From Candidatus Jordarchaeales archaeon (GTDB lineage Archaea > Asgardarchaeota > Jordiarchaeia > Jordiarchaeales > Freyrarchaeaceae), in NCBI GenBank assembly GCA_038889235.1, contig JAWAHN010000002.1, positions 374,356 to 406,355 of the forward strand: a stretch of 32,000 nucleotides of DNA, read 5' to 3'. The notes below the pieces were generated by a model. The model had not been told where the DNA came from. It ran no database searches and saw only the letters and a program-made list of their open reading frames with translations. Made by a program: the position numbers and the translations under genes. Of the stretch, positions 1-8,307 are shown in pieces (positions within the stretch are counted from its first letter, which is position 1; each line of letters starts with the position of its first letter).

Positions 1-320
1 TGAACTGAGACTGCATCCGCACCGAGTCTTATTGCTTCCTCGACCGATCCAACCCTCACCTTCCAGTTGGGGTCTGGGCCAAGCGAAGTACTCCCAGAAA
101 TGTGCATTATGACGCCACACCCTGGAGGCGAACGGAGACTCTTTATGATCCCCTTGTGTAATAGTACCGCTGTCGCCCCGCCTTCCACAACCTTGCTAAT
201 CGTCTCATCCATTCTCACTAGTCCCTTTATGGGTCCATCGGTCACACCGTGATCCATCGGTATGATAACAGCCTTCCCCTTCTTCATTATCCGGGAGAGT
301 CTAACTTGCTTCCCATTCAT
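1..320 (-). CDS. DhnA-family class I aldolase, probably 2-amino-3,7-dideoxy-D-threo-hept-6-ulosonate (ADH) synthase; runs off the window edge
   Basis: Not in the ORF track. Manual translation from ATG at 320: MNGKQVRLSRIMKKGKAVIIPMDHGVTDGPIKGL...AVLLHKGII...SGSTSLGPDPNWKVRVGSVEEAIRLGADAVSV. The PMDHG and LHKG motifs fit the family. It lies directly downstream of asd. Confidence 0.85.
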   Translation of the reverse strand, partial: MNGKQVRLSRIMKKGKAVIIPMDHGVTDGPIKGLVRMDETISKVVEGGATAVLLHKGIIKSLRSPPGCGVIMHISGSTSLGPDPNWKVRVGSVEEAIRLGADAVSV

Positions 321-334
321 GTTCACGCCACCCT

Positions 335-1399
335 TTACACCATTTTATAAGCTACCATCAACTCAGCATTAAGGATAGCGGCGCCTGCAGCCCCCCTAAT
401 AGTGTTGTGGCTCAGAACGGTGAACATCAAGCTGTTCGGCTCGCTCCCCTTTCTAACTCTGCCGACGCTTACACTCATCCCTGGCACGCTCCCTGCCATC
501 CTGTCAAGTCTCGGTTGAGGCCTATCAATTTCCTCTCTCACTATTATGGGCTGCTCAGGAGCTGATGGAAGCTTAAGTTTCTGTGGCTCCCCCCTGAACC
601 TCCTGAGAACCTCTTTTGCTTCATCAACGTCAACCTCCTCCTCAGTTAAGATGAACACCGACTCCAGGTGCCCGTCTAAGACTGGAACCCTGTTGCATGA
701 AGCCTCCACCTTGAACCCTGCGGGGGTGACCGCCATCCCCGTCATCTTTCCGAGTATCTTCCTAGTCTCCCTAACTACCTTCTCCTCTTCGTTCGAAATG
801 TACGGTATAATGTTATCTACTATCATGAGCGACGGGACACCTGGGAGACCCGCCCCCGAAACCGCCTGCATCGTTGCAACGCAAACCTTCTCCAATCCGT
901 AGCGGTCGTATAGTGGCTTCAAAGCGATTACCAAGCCTATCGTGGTACAGTTCGGGTTAGTTACTATGAACCCCTGCCACCCCCTCCTCTCCCTCTGAAC
1001 GTCGACAAGCTTAAGGTGGTCTGGGTTTACTTCGGGTATAACTAGTGGTACGTCCTCCTCCATTCTAAACGTACTCGCGTTGCTCGAAACAGCACACCCA
1101 GCCTCGGCGAACTTTGGCTCAGCCTCCTTGGCAACATCAGCTGGCAAAGCCGAAATTACAAGCGTCGCTTCAGCGTCACGTGCATTAACGTCAACAACCT
1201 CCATCGACTTAATTTCCTCCGGTATCTCGACAGGCAGATGCCACCTGTCAGCGACAACGTCAGCATACTTCTTGCCGGCACTTCTCTCAGAAGCTGCCAA
1301 TACCGTTATGTCAAACCATGGGTGATTGTGAAGCATTGTGACAAGTCTCTGCCCAACAGTCCCCGTGCAACCCAAGATCGCAACATCTATCTTCTTCAT
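335..1399 (-). CDS. asd: Aspartate-semialdehyde dehydrogenase (archaeal type)
   Basis: GCTGTVGQ Rossmann motif, SNAS, catalytic NPNCT, MQAVSGAG, RVPVLDGH and HNTIRGAAG. The start is placed at the ATG (MKKID) after a GGAGGT RBS rather than at 1417. Confidence 0.95.
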   Translation of the reverse strand: MKKIDVAILGCTGTVGQRLVTMLHNHPWFDITVLAASERSAGKKYADVVADRWHLPVEIPEEIKSMEVVDVNARDAEATLVISALPADVAKEAEPKFAEAGCAVSSNASTFRMEEDVPLVIPEVNPDHLKLVDVQRERRGWQGFIVTNPNCTTIGLVIALKPLYDRYGLEKVCVATMQAVSGAGLPGVPSLMIVDNIIPYISNEEEKVVRETRKILGKMTGMAVTPAGFKVEASCNRVPVLDGHLESVFILTEEEVDVDEAKEVLRRFRGEPQKLKLPSAPEQPIIVREEIDRPQPRLDRMAGSVPGMSVSVGRVRKGSEPNSLMFTVLSHNTIRGAAGAAILNAELMVAYKMV

Positions 1400-1823
1400 C
1401 TGTTTACCTCCATCCAAATCACGGACACCATCCCCTTTTCACCTTTTCGATAAACTACTATTTACCCATAAAAATGTAATGTTACTCTTTAGCGTGAAAG
1501 ATCTAACCCCCCAAACCTTAATAACCCTCTTTGAACATACGAGGACGCTAAAATCCACCACCGGGAAATATTCGTGAAATTAATTTCTTGTTAGACTGGC
1601 CCCTCCACCGAAATTTTATAGCGAGCTAAGTCCTCCCTCTGCATTAAGTTAAGGGTAAGGCACTCTTTTTTAAACATAACTAGAATTAACATCATGGGTT
1701 TTCCGAAACTTAGCTGAATCTTTAAACTGTCACTTCCTTCACGCAGCAGGAACAGGAAAAAGAGAGACTGTGTCAATATCTATTCATCCTTCACCTATTG
1801 GTGCACTCGTACGTGTGCACTCT

Positions 1824-2699
1824 TTAGAACTCCTCTTCTTTTCCGGCATCCCTTACCACCAAGACCTTTCTCGGTTTGGCTGTAAATTCCCCAGTTTCCA
1901 CCTCCCTTAAGAAGTCCATTACTATTCTGTTGAAGAGGCGCGCCTCCTCCAAGAACAAGAAGTGTGAGCCTCCTTCGAAAACTACAAGCCTCGATTGGGG
2001 TATGGCGTCTGCTAGGGCTTCAGAGCTTTCGAAGGGAACTATACGGTCATTAGTTCCAGTTACTATGAGTGTCGGGGCTCTTATACCAAAAACTTCGCTT
2101 TTAAGATTAAACTCGCGGATAGCTTCGAGCTGCCTAATGAGGGCGTACTTCGGCGTTGCCTCCTCTAGTATCCAGAAGACTATTTGGTCCACTTCTTCCG
2201 GGTGCTTTTCCATGTAGTCCGGGTTAAACGCAAACGACAGCACCTTCCTTAAAGCTTCCTCCATGCTTACCTCCCCCCGCTTGTTTAAAACATCGCCGAT
2301 TACCTCTTTCAACTTTGACGCTACGCTCCTCCCTACGGAGCACGTGGAAACGAGGACGAGCCCGGCTACTCTTTCAGGATATTTTAACGCGAAGCTCTGT
2401 GCAATGAATCCCCCCATTGAAACCCCTAAAATGAATACTCTATCCGCTCCTATGAAGTCGAGAAGTTCCCTTAAATCCTCACTGAAGAGATTTATGCTGT
2501 AACGTTCATCTGGCTTGTCACTCAAACCAACACCCCTATTATCGAAGACGACACAGGAGTATTTGGACGGAAACACGCGGAGCTGCTTGAACCAAAGCCA
2601 ACGGGAGCAACCCCACTCTTCTACCATGACTAAGGGGGATCCCTCCCCATGAACCTCAAAAAACAACATTTTACCATCCCTAAGGGTTATGTAAGGCAC
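1824..2699 (-). CDS. Alpha/beta-fold hydrolase (enol-lactonase/aminoacrylate hydrolase-like)
   Basis: DNRGVGLS, nucleophile elbow GVSMGG, PTLIVTGTND and catalytic His in GSHFLF. Confidence 0.85.
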   Translation of the reverse strand: MPYITLRDGKMLFFEVHGEGSPLVMVEEWGCSRWLWFKQLRVFPSKYSCVVFDNRGVGLSDKPDERYSINLFSEDLRELLDFIGADRVFILGVSMGGFIAQSFALKYPERVAGLVLVSTCSVGRSVASKLKEVIGDVLNKRGEVSMEEALRKVLSFAFNPDYMEKHPEEVDQIVFWILEEATPKYALIRQLEAIREFNLKSEVFGIRAPTLIVTGTNDRIVPFESSEALADAIPQSRLVVFEGGSHFLFLEEARLFNRIVMDFLREVETGEFTAKPRKVLVVRDAGKEEEF

Positions 2700-2857
2700 A
2701 TTTTAAACCCCCAAAAAGCAAAGTGGGATGTACGAAAAAGAGAATAATGATGAGGGATATAAATTTAAATTGTTCTTAAGGGGAATATTTCCAAAAGCTG
2801 AGTCCTAAGTCTAGCTTAAATCTTACACGTTCACTCGGTTTCACGCTTGTCCTTCTC

Positions 2858-3631
2858 ATGTCGCGCTCAAACGGGTGGTGTTCGCTGTTGGATTACGCTA
2901 GTTTGAAGAAAAGCCTTTGTAAAATGATAGCTGGGGAAATAACTCTCTCGGAAGACCCTGGTGCAACTATGCGTATGTGGCGTGAACGCTTCCAAGTGTC
3001 GCAAAAAGAAATTGCGAATGCTCTTGGCGTTTCACCTTCAGTCATCAGCGACTACGAAAGCGGCCGCCGTCTCTCCCCCAGAATAGATACTGTCCAAAAG
3101 TTCGTTAAGTGTCTAATCGAGATAGACGAAGCTAGAGGAGGAACTGTGGTAAACGGGCTCTTAAGGATGGTGGGCAACGACATACCGTCTGACGTCATAC
3201 TAGACATAAAGGAGTTCTCATATCCCGTTAAGGCCGAGTCCCTCTGTACGCACCTTAAATGCAAGATTCTTGCGAACGAAGATTTACTGGATCAGCCAAT
3301 ATACGGCTACACGGCGATAGACGTCGTCAACGCCATATTGAAACTTTCGTCGGAGCAGCTGATGTTGCTTTACGGTGCGACGCCACAGAGGGCGGCGATC
3401 CTCGTTAACGTCACAAGCGGAAGAGCGTCCATGGTCGCCATAAAAGCTAGCCAAATGTCTCTTTCACACGTTAAACCAACAGCGGTGATTCTCCACGGAC
3501 TTAAGAAGATAGACCCTCTCGCGCTAAAAATAGCTGAAAGCGAGCGCATCCTACTCGCAGCATCCACAATAAAAGGTGTGAAAAACCTCGTGAAGACCCT
3601 CAGAGAGTTCATGCCACACCAGCTAACCTAA
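2858..3631 (+). CDS. Archaeal XRE-family HTH transcriptional regulator (COG1709-like)
   Basis: IAGEITLSEDPGATMRMWRERFQVSQKEIANALGVSPSVISDYESGRR is an XRE HTH. The true start is probably the TTG at 2888, after GGGTGGTG. Confidence 0.85.
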   Translation: MSRSNGWCSLLDYASLKKSLCKMIAGEITLSEDPGATMRMWRERFQVSQKEIANALGVSPSVISDYESGRRLSPRIDTVQKFVKCLIEIDEARGGTVVNGLLRMVGNDIPSDVILDIKEFSYPVKAESLCTHLKCKILANEDLLDQPIYGYTAIDVVNAILKLSSEQLMLLYGATPQRAAILVNVTSGRASMVAIKASQMSLSHVKPTAVILHGLKKIDPLALKIAESERILLAASTIKGVKNLVKTLREFMPHQLT

Positions 3632-3652
3632 AGCCGAGTCAACTCTAGAACA

Positions 3653-4672
3653 CTATATTAATCCAAGCTCCTTTCTTCTGTCTATCACCTCTCTCACGTC
3701 GCTACCCGTTCCTATTATCGTTACCGGCTTTTTCAAGCAGTCTTCTACTTGCTCTATAAACTCTACGGCTGCCCTCGGAAGCTCACTAAAGCTTGTCGCC
3801 CCCTTGCACTCATGATACACCACGTCAAGCTTAGTTATTGCTATCTGTGTCGCCCCGTTCAACCTTACTGCCTTCTTCGCAAGCTCGAAATTGAAGGGGG
3901 CAGCCCTTCTCTTCCTACCAGTAACAGTCGCCACTTCAAGCCACCCCCTCCTGGCAGCCTCCTCCTCGCTAAGCTCTCCTGGCAGGGGTCCTCCCCCAAC
4001 CCTCGTCACATATGCCTTAAAAACCACGAGAACCTCGTCCACTTTAGTCGGTCCTATGCCAACGTCAGCACACGCTTGAGACGCGGTCGTGTCCTTGCTA
4101 GTCACATAGGGGTACGTTCCATGGTATAACGACAAAAAGGTTCCCTGAGTGCCCTCTATTATAACATTATCCCCGCGGTCTATCGCCTCATTAACCTCAA
4201 GGGATACGTCAGTAAGGTAGGGCTTCAACTCCTCGACATCCCTAGCAAGCTTGACGGTCCTCAAAGCTCTCTCGGCGTTGCATGGACCGCACCCAGTGCC
4301 CGTGCTTCCAATTTTCCCCGAGAGGTGTTCAGATCCCTTATCCTGTTCTATATGTCTCTGCTCTATTATCGCGCAGTTGTAGTCTACGCCAACCCTACCC
4401 CAAACCCCGGTAGTGTTAACTTCGTCGAGAAATATTCTCGGATCCACGAGGACGCCTGCTCCTATGAGGACGCGCGCCCCCTCAAAAACAAAACCGCTCG
4501 GTATCTGTCTAAGCTTGAACTTTTTGCCGCCAAACTCTACGGTGTGTCCTGCATTAGTCCCGCAGCCCCCTCTCGCAGCCACAGAAACTCTATCCTTTAA
4601 GGCTAGGTAGGATACGATCTTCCCCTTGCCTTCGTCTCCGAAGAACCCTCCTACGACGACGTAGCATGTCAA
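3653..4672 (-). CDS. purA: Adenylosuccinate synthetase (short archaeal type)
   Basis: GGFFGDEGKGK, NAGHT, IGSTGTGCGP, EGTQG, YPYVTS, TRVGGGP and TVTGRKRR motifs. Confidence 0.97.
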   Translation of the reverse strand: MTCYVVVGGFFGDEGKGKIVSYLALKDRVSVAARGGCGTNAGHTVEFGGKKFKLRQIPSGFVFEGARVLIGAGVLVDPRIFLDEVNTTGVWGRVGVDYNCAIIEQRHIEQDKGSEHLSGKIGSTGTGCGPCNAERALRTVKLARDVEELKPYLTDVSLEVNEAIDRGDNVIIEGTQGTFLSLYHGTYPYVTSKDTTASQACADVGIGPTKVDEVLVVFKAYVTRVGGGPLPGELSEEEAARRGWLEVATVTGRKRRAAPFNFELAKKAVRLNGATQIAITKLDVVYHECKGATSFSELPRAAVEFIEQVEDCLKKPVTIIGTGSDVREVIDRRKELGLI

Positions 4673-4879
4673 GGCAGACCACCCGGATACTTTTAACCCA
4701 ACTCAAAAAGCGTTGACAACCTTAAAAACAGTTCGCCTCGACAACATAAAAGACACTGTACGTGAAAGCCGGAAAATAGTGGTTTCAAACACACGCTCAA
4801 CCGGCACGTGTAGGTCAGCCTCGGCTTCAGTCTTGAACCCGAAAAAGTATTAATGGCTAGGGGTAACTGTTTACCTAGT

Positions 4880-4949
4880 GGTGGGTGGCGATGATTTGAA
4901 AGAGAGACTGAACCGCGTGACGAAAAGGCATTTGAATGATGCCCCCACC
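4880..4949 (+). ncRNA. Box C/D guide sRNA (variant C/D boxes); D guide complementary to 23S rRNA CAAAUGCCUU
   Basis: C box ATGATTT 4891-4897, D' CTGA 4908-4911, C' GTGACGA 4917-4923, D ATGA 4936-4939. The U-A pair compensates for the usual G-C in the K-turn. Terminal stem GGTGGGTGGCG/TGCCCCCACC. TATA-like TATTAA lies about 27 nt upstream. Confidence 0.75.
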
Positions 4950-4971
4950 TTCTCTTCTGTTATTGTAAGCG

Positions 4972-5027
4972 TCAGCTCAATTAGGTCTCCTCATGGCTGC
5001 CGCTCGGGAGACCGTCGTAGTCATCAT
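4972..5027 (-). ncRNA. Box C/D guide sRNA; D' guide complementary to 23S rRNA AGACCGUCGU
   Basis: Minus strand reads ATGATGA-ctacgacggtctc-CCGA-gcggcagcc-ATGAGGA-gacctaattgag-CTGA (56 nt). C and D boxes are canonical, C'/D' are good, and guides are 12-13 nt. TATA-like TTTAAG at 5055-5060. Confidence 0.88.
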
Positions 5028-5202
5028 CTACAACTAACTTTAAGCTAAAACCCTCTTAAAGATGTTTCTGAAGTATTGAAAGGAAATTTAAGTACGAGGA
5101 GACAACAAATTTATTTTAAGAAGCTAAGTTGATGTTTGTCAAAAGGGCGTCTCACCCTCGTTCTGCGCAGCTCCTACCTAACTTCTTTCAGGTGGGTTTC
5201 TG

Positions 5203-6849
5203 ATGACGAAGTACGTCATGGTGACCGGTGGAGTTATGTCTGGTATAGGTAAGGGAGTTACAACGGCCTCCATAGGGAAGCTTTTCCAGTTTAGGAACTA
5301 CGACGTCGACGTGATAAAAATCGACCCCTACCTCAACGTTGACCCGGGAACTCTTAACCCCGTTGAGCACGGAGAAATTTTCATAACGGAAGAGGTCTGG
5401 GAGTTTAAGCCCGTTGAAGGTTTTAAGCTAACAATCTCGGAGCTAGACCAAGACTTCGGCACCTATGAGCGCTTTCTAGGGAAGACCGTCTCGCCAGAGC
5501 AGAACATAACCTCCGGCCAAGTCTACTTGACAGTAATACTTCAGGAGAGGCGTGGCGAGTTTCTCGGAAAGACTATCCAGATAATACCGCACATAACCGA
5601 TGAGATAAAGAGAAGGATAAGGACTGTAGCAGAGAAGAAGAAACCAGATGTGCTACTTATAGAGATCGGTGGGACCGTTGGAGACATAGAAGCGATGCCC
5701 TACCTGGAAGCTGTAAGACAGTTTAGGTTGGAAGAAGGAAAGAACAAGACCGCTCTGGTTCACGTCACATATGTTCCCTTCCTAGAGACGGTTAAGCAGC
5801 AGAAGTCCAAGCCCACGCAGCACAGTGTAAGAACGCTCCAAGGAATGGGCCTACAGCCGGACGTTATAGTGTGCAGGTCTGAGAAGCCCCTGACCGAGGA
5901 CGTGAAGAGGAAACTTAGCCTTTACTGCAACGTACCCCCTGAGGCAGTTATATCAAACCCTGACATAGACATCGTGTATAAGCTCCCCCTGTTGTTTGAA
6001 GAGCAGGGGCTAGGAGACTACCTATGCAACTTGTTAGGCTTACCCCCAAAGGCTCCAGACACGGAGAAGTGGAGGAAGCTCGTGTCGCTTTACGAGAACA
6101 CTAGAGAAGTCGTTAGGATAGCTATGCCTGGAAAGTACACGCAAATAGTGGACAGCTACATCAGCATTAACGAGGCCATAAGGCATGCGGCTGCCTTTTT
6201 CGGGGCGCGGCCTTACATAGAGTGGATAGACGCCTCACTTTTCGAGGAAGACCCTGGGAAGGTCGAGCTACTTGACTCGTTTGACGGAATCCTACTAACT
6301 CCGGGGTTTGGTGTGAGGGGCGTTGAGGGAATGATCCTCGCCGCAGAGTATGCCATAGAGGAAAAGATACCCTACCTCGGAATATGCTTCGGAGGACAGC
6401 TGCTCTTCATAGCCTTCTGCAGGAGCGTCCTTGGTTTAAGGAATGCTAATAGCTCCGAGGTAGACCCGAACACCCCCTACCCCGTAGTAGACCTCCTGCC
6501 TGAACAGAAGAACGTCAAGGATAAGGGAGGCACAATGCGCCTAGGCGGGCACAAAGTTTACATAGTTAGGGGGAGCAAACTTTGGGAGGCTTACAAGCAG
6601 GATGTTGTCGTCGAGCGCTTCAGGCACAGGTACCACATAATACCCGAGTACGCTCGAAAAGCAGAAGAGGCTGGCCTCAGGGTCTCGGCCTACGATGCGA
6701 CGGGCAAAATAATAAACGCCATAGAGCTCGAAGAAGGGTGGCTTGTCGGCGTACAGTTCCACCCGGAGTTCAAGAGCAGGCCGGATAATCCAAGCCCGGT
6801 ATACAAGGCCTTCATAGAGGCTTCACTCAAAAGAAGGAAGAAAGTGTAA
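5203..6849 (+). CDS. pyrG: CTP synthase (divergent, with an insertion in the synthase domain)
   Basis: TGGVMSGIGKG, KIDPYLNVDPGT, EIGGTVGDIE, KSKPTQHSV, and the glutaminase triad GICFG, FHPEF. Confidence 0.95.
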   Translation: MTKYVMVTGGVMSGIGKGVTTASIGKLFQFRNYDVDVIKIDPYLNVDPGTLNPVEHGEIFITEEVWEFKPVEGFKLTISELDQDFGTYERFLGKTVSPEQNITSGQVYLTVILQERRGEFLGKTIQIIPHITDEIKRRIRTVAEKKKPDVLLIEIGGTVGDIEAMPYLEAVRQFRLEEGKNKTALVHVTYVPFLETVKQQKSKPTQHSVRTLQGMGLQPDVIVCRSEKPLTEDVKRKLSLYCNVPPEAVISNPDIDIVYKLPLLFEEQGLGDYLCNLLGLPPKAPDTEKWRKLVSLYENTREVVRIAMPGKYTQIVDSYISINEAIRHAAAFFGARPYIEWIDASLFEEDPGKVELLDSFDGILLTPGFGVRGVEGMILAAEYAIEEKIPYLGICFGGQLLFIAFCRSVLGLRNANSSEVDPNTPYPVVDLLPEQKNVKDKGGTMRLGGHKVYIVRGSKLWEAYKQDVVVERFRHRYHIIPEYARKAEEAGLRVSAYDATGKIINAIELEEGWLVGVQFHPEFKSRPDNPSPVYKAFIEASLKRRKKV

Positions 6850-6855
6850 CATCAT

Positions 6856-8199
6856 CTAAGGTATCTCGATGTACTCATAAGCCTCGGTGACCGAGTCAAA
6901 GCAGTAGTGCACTTTCTGGTAGTCTCTCCTAAACTCAGCAACCTCTCCCCTCACTTTCTCCGGGTCCTCCCTGTCCCTTATAACTCTCGCTATGAACTCC
7001 GCTATCCGCTTCATCTCGCCCTCCTTCATGCCTATCCTTGTCACCTCGCTGGTTCCCAACCTTATCCCACCGGGGTTAATGTAGCTGCGCCCCGCACTTG
7101 TGTCCCAGGGGAGGAGGTTTCTGTTCACAATTATACCCGCTCTCTCAAGTAGTCTCTCTATGTCCCCGCCCAACCCCACCTCTCCCTCAAACTCGCTGAC
7201 GTCCATCACTATTGTGTGCGACTCGGTGAACCCTTTATGCTTCCCTAACACGTTGAACCCCTCGTCGTGAAGCCATTTAGCTAGGGCTTTCGCGTTCCTG
7301 ATGACCTGGCCAGCATATTCTCTCCCATACTTCATGAACTCGGCCAATGCTATCGCCAGCGCCGCGACGTTGTGGAGGTGGTGGTTGCTCGTCAACCCCG
7401 GGAAAACCGCCCTCTTAATTGCTTCAGCGTACTCTTCCTTTGCTGCTATTAATCCATGTTGCGGGCCAGGTAGGGTTTTATGTGTGCTCATGGACATGAC
7501 GTCGGCTCCTTCTCTCAAAGGGTCTTGGAAGTAGCCTGCCGCTATGAGCCCCGCCACGTGCGCCGCGTCGTATGCCACGTAGGCTCCAACGTCCCTAGCC
7601 ACCTTGGACAGCTCCCTAACTGGGTGAGGGAAGAGGAAGACCGAGGCGCCGAAGAGCAAGAGCTTGGGTTTAACGCTAACTATTTTCTCAGCCGAGGCTT
7701 CAACGTCTATGTTCATCTCCTCCTTATTAAAGACGAAGTATTCCACGTTAAGCCCATGAACAGCGCCAGCGGTTCCACCTAAGAAGCGTCCATCCCTAGT
7801 CTTGAGGGCGCCGTGACTTATGTGCCCACCATTCGGTATGGAGAGAGCCATCATAGTGTCCCCGGGCCTCGTAAAAGCTGTGTAGACTGCTAGGTTCGCC
7901 ACGACGCCGCTCACAGGGCGTACATCCACGAACTCGGCTCTGAAAAGCTTCTTCGCAAGCTCGATACATATGAGTTCAACCTCATCTATGTACTTGCAGC
8001 CCGCGTAGACGCGCTCTCCTGGCCACCCTTCAGCATACCTGTGAGCAAAATCGCAGAGCAGCGCTTCACGAACGGCGGGACTTGTCACATTCTCGCTAGC
8101 TATAAGGGGAATGCACTCCCTGAAAAACGAATGGTGCTGCTTCATCAAGCTCCTCACTTTTGCATATGCCTCGTCAGGGTTCAATGTTAAACCTCCCAA
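6856..8199 (-). CDS. glyA: Serine hydroxymethyltransferase
   Basis: LIASEN, YAEG, YAGC, GGHISHG, YDAAHVAGLI, PLP lysine in STHKTLPGPQ, and GIRLGT. Confidence 0.97.
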   Translation of the reverse strand: MGGLTLNPDEAYAKVRSLMKQHHSFFRECIPLIASENVTSPAVREALLCDFAHRYAEGWPGERVYAGCKYIDEVELICIELAKKLFRAEFVDVRPVSGVVANLAVYTAFTRPGDTMMALSIPNGGHISHGALKTRDGRFLGGTAGAVHGLNVEYFVFNKEEMNIDVEASAEKIVSVKPKLLLFGASVFLFPHPVRELSKVARDVGAYVAYDAAHVAGLIAAGYFQDPLREGADVMSMSTHKTLPGPQHGLIAAKEEYAEAIKRAVFPGLTSNHHLHNVAALAIALAEFMKYGREYAGQVIRNAKALAKWLHDEGFNVLGKHKGFTESHTIVMDVSEFEGEVGLGGDIERLLERAGIIVNRNLLPWDTSAGRSYINPGGIRLGTSEVTRIGMKEGEMKRIAEFIARVIRDREDPEKVRGEVAEFRRDYQKVHYCFDSVTEAYEYIEIP

Positions 8200-8307
8200 T
8201 AGACAATATCAGTTTCTGCAAGAAGCTGTATATTTACCAAAAAATAACCTTTATAAAAATTGTTTTGCGTTATAAAGCAGGAGACGGGGGATAAGGTAGG
8301 GGGATAA

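Noticed and set aside
1591-1776. 61-aa minus-strand ORF in the gap upstream of asd
   Set aside because: It has no motif or clear RBS and is AT-rich, so it is probably a chance ORF in a regulatory region.
1801-1822. GTGCAC-N8-GTGCAC inverted/direct repeat just after the hydrolase stop
   Set aside because: It is short and consistent with an ordinary 3' hairpin; no second copy was found in the window.
2747-2801. ATGATGA...CTGA spaced 55 nt apart, like a box C/D sRNA
   Set aside because: There are no recognisable C'/D' boxes, no terminal stem, and no rRNA-complementary guide that I can identify. The AT-rich interior looks like the divergent promoter of the flanking genes.
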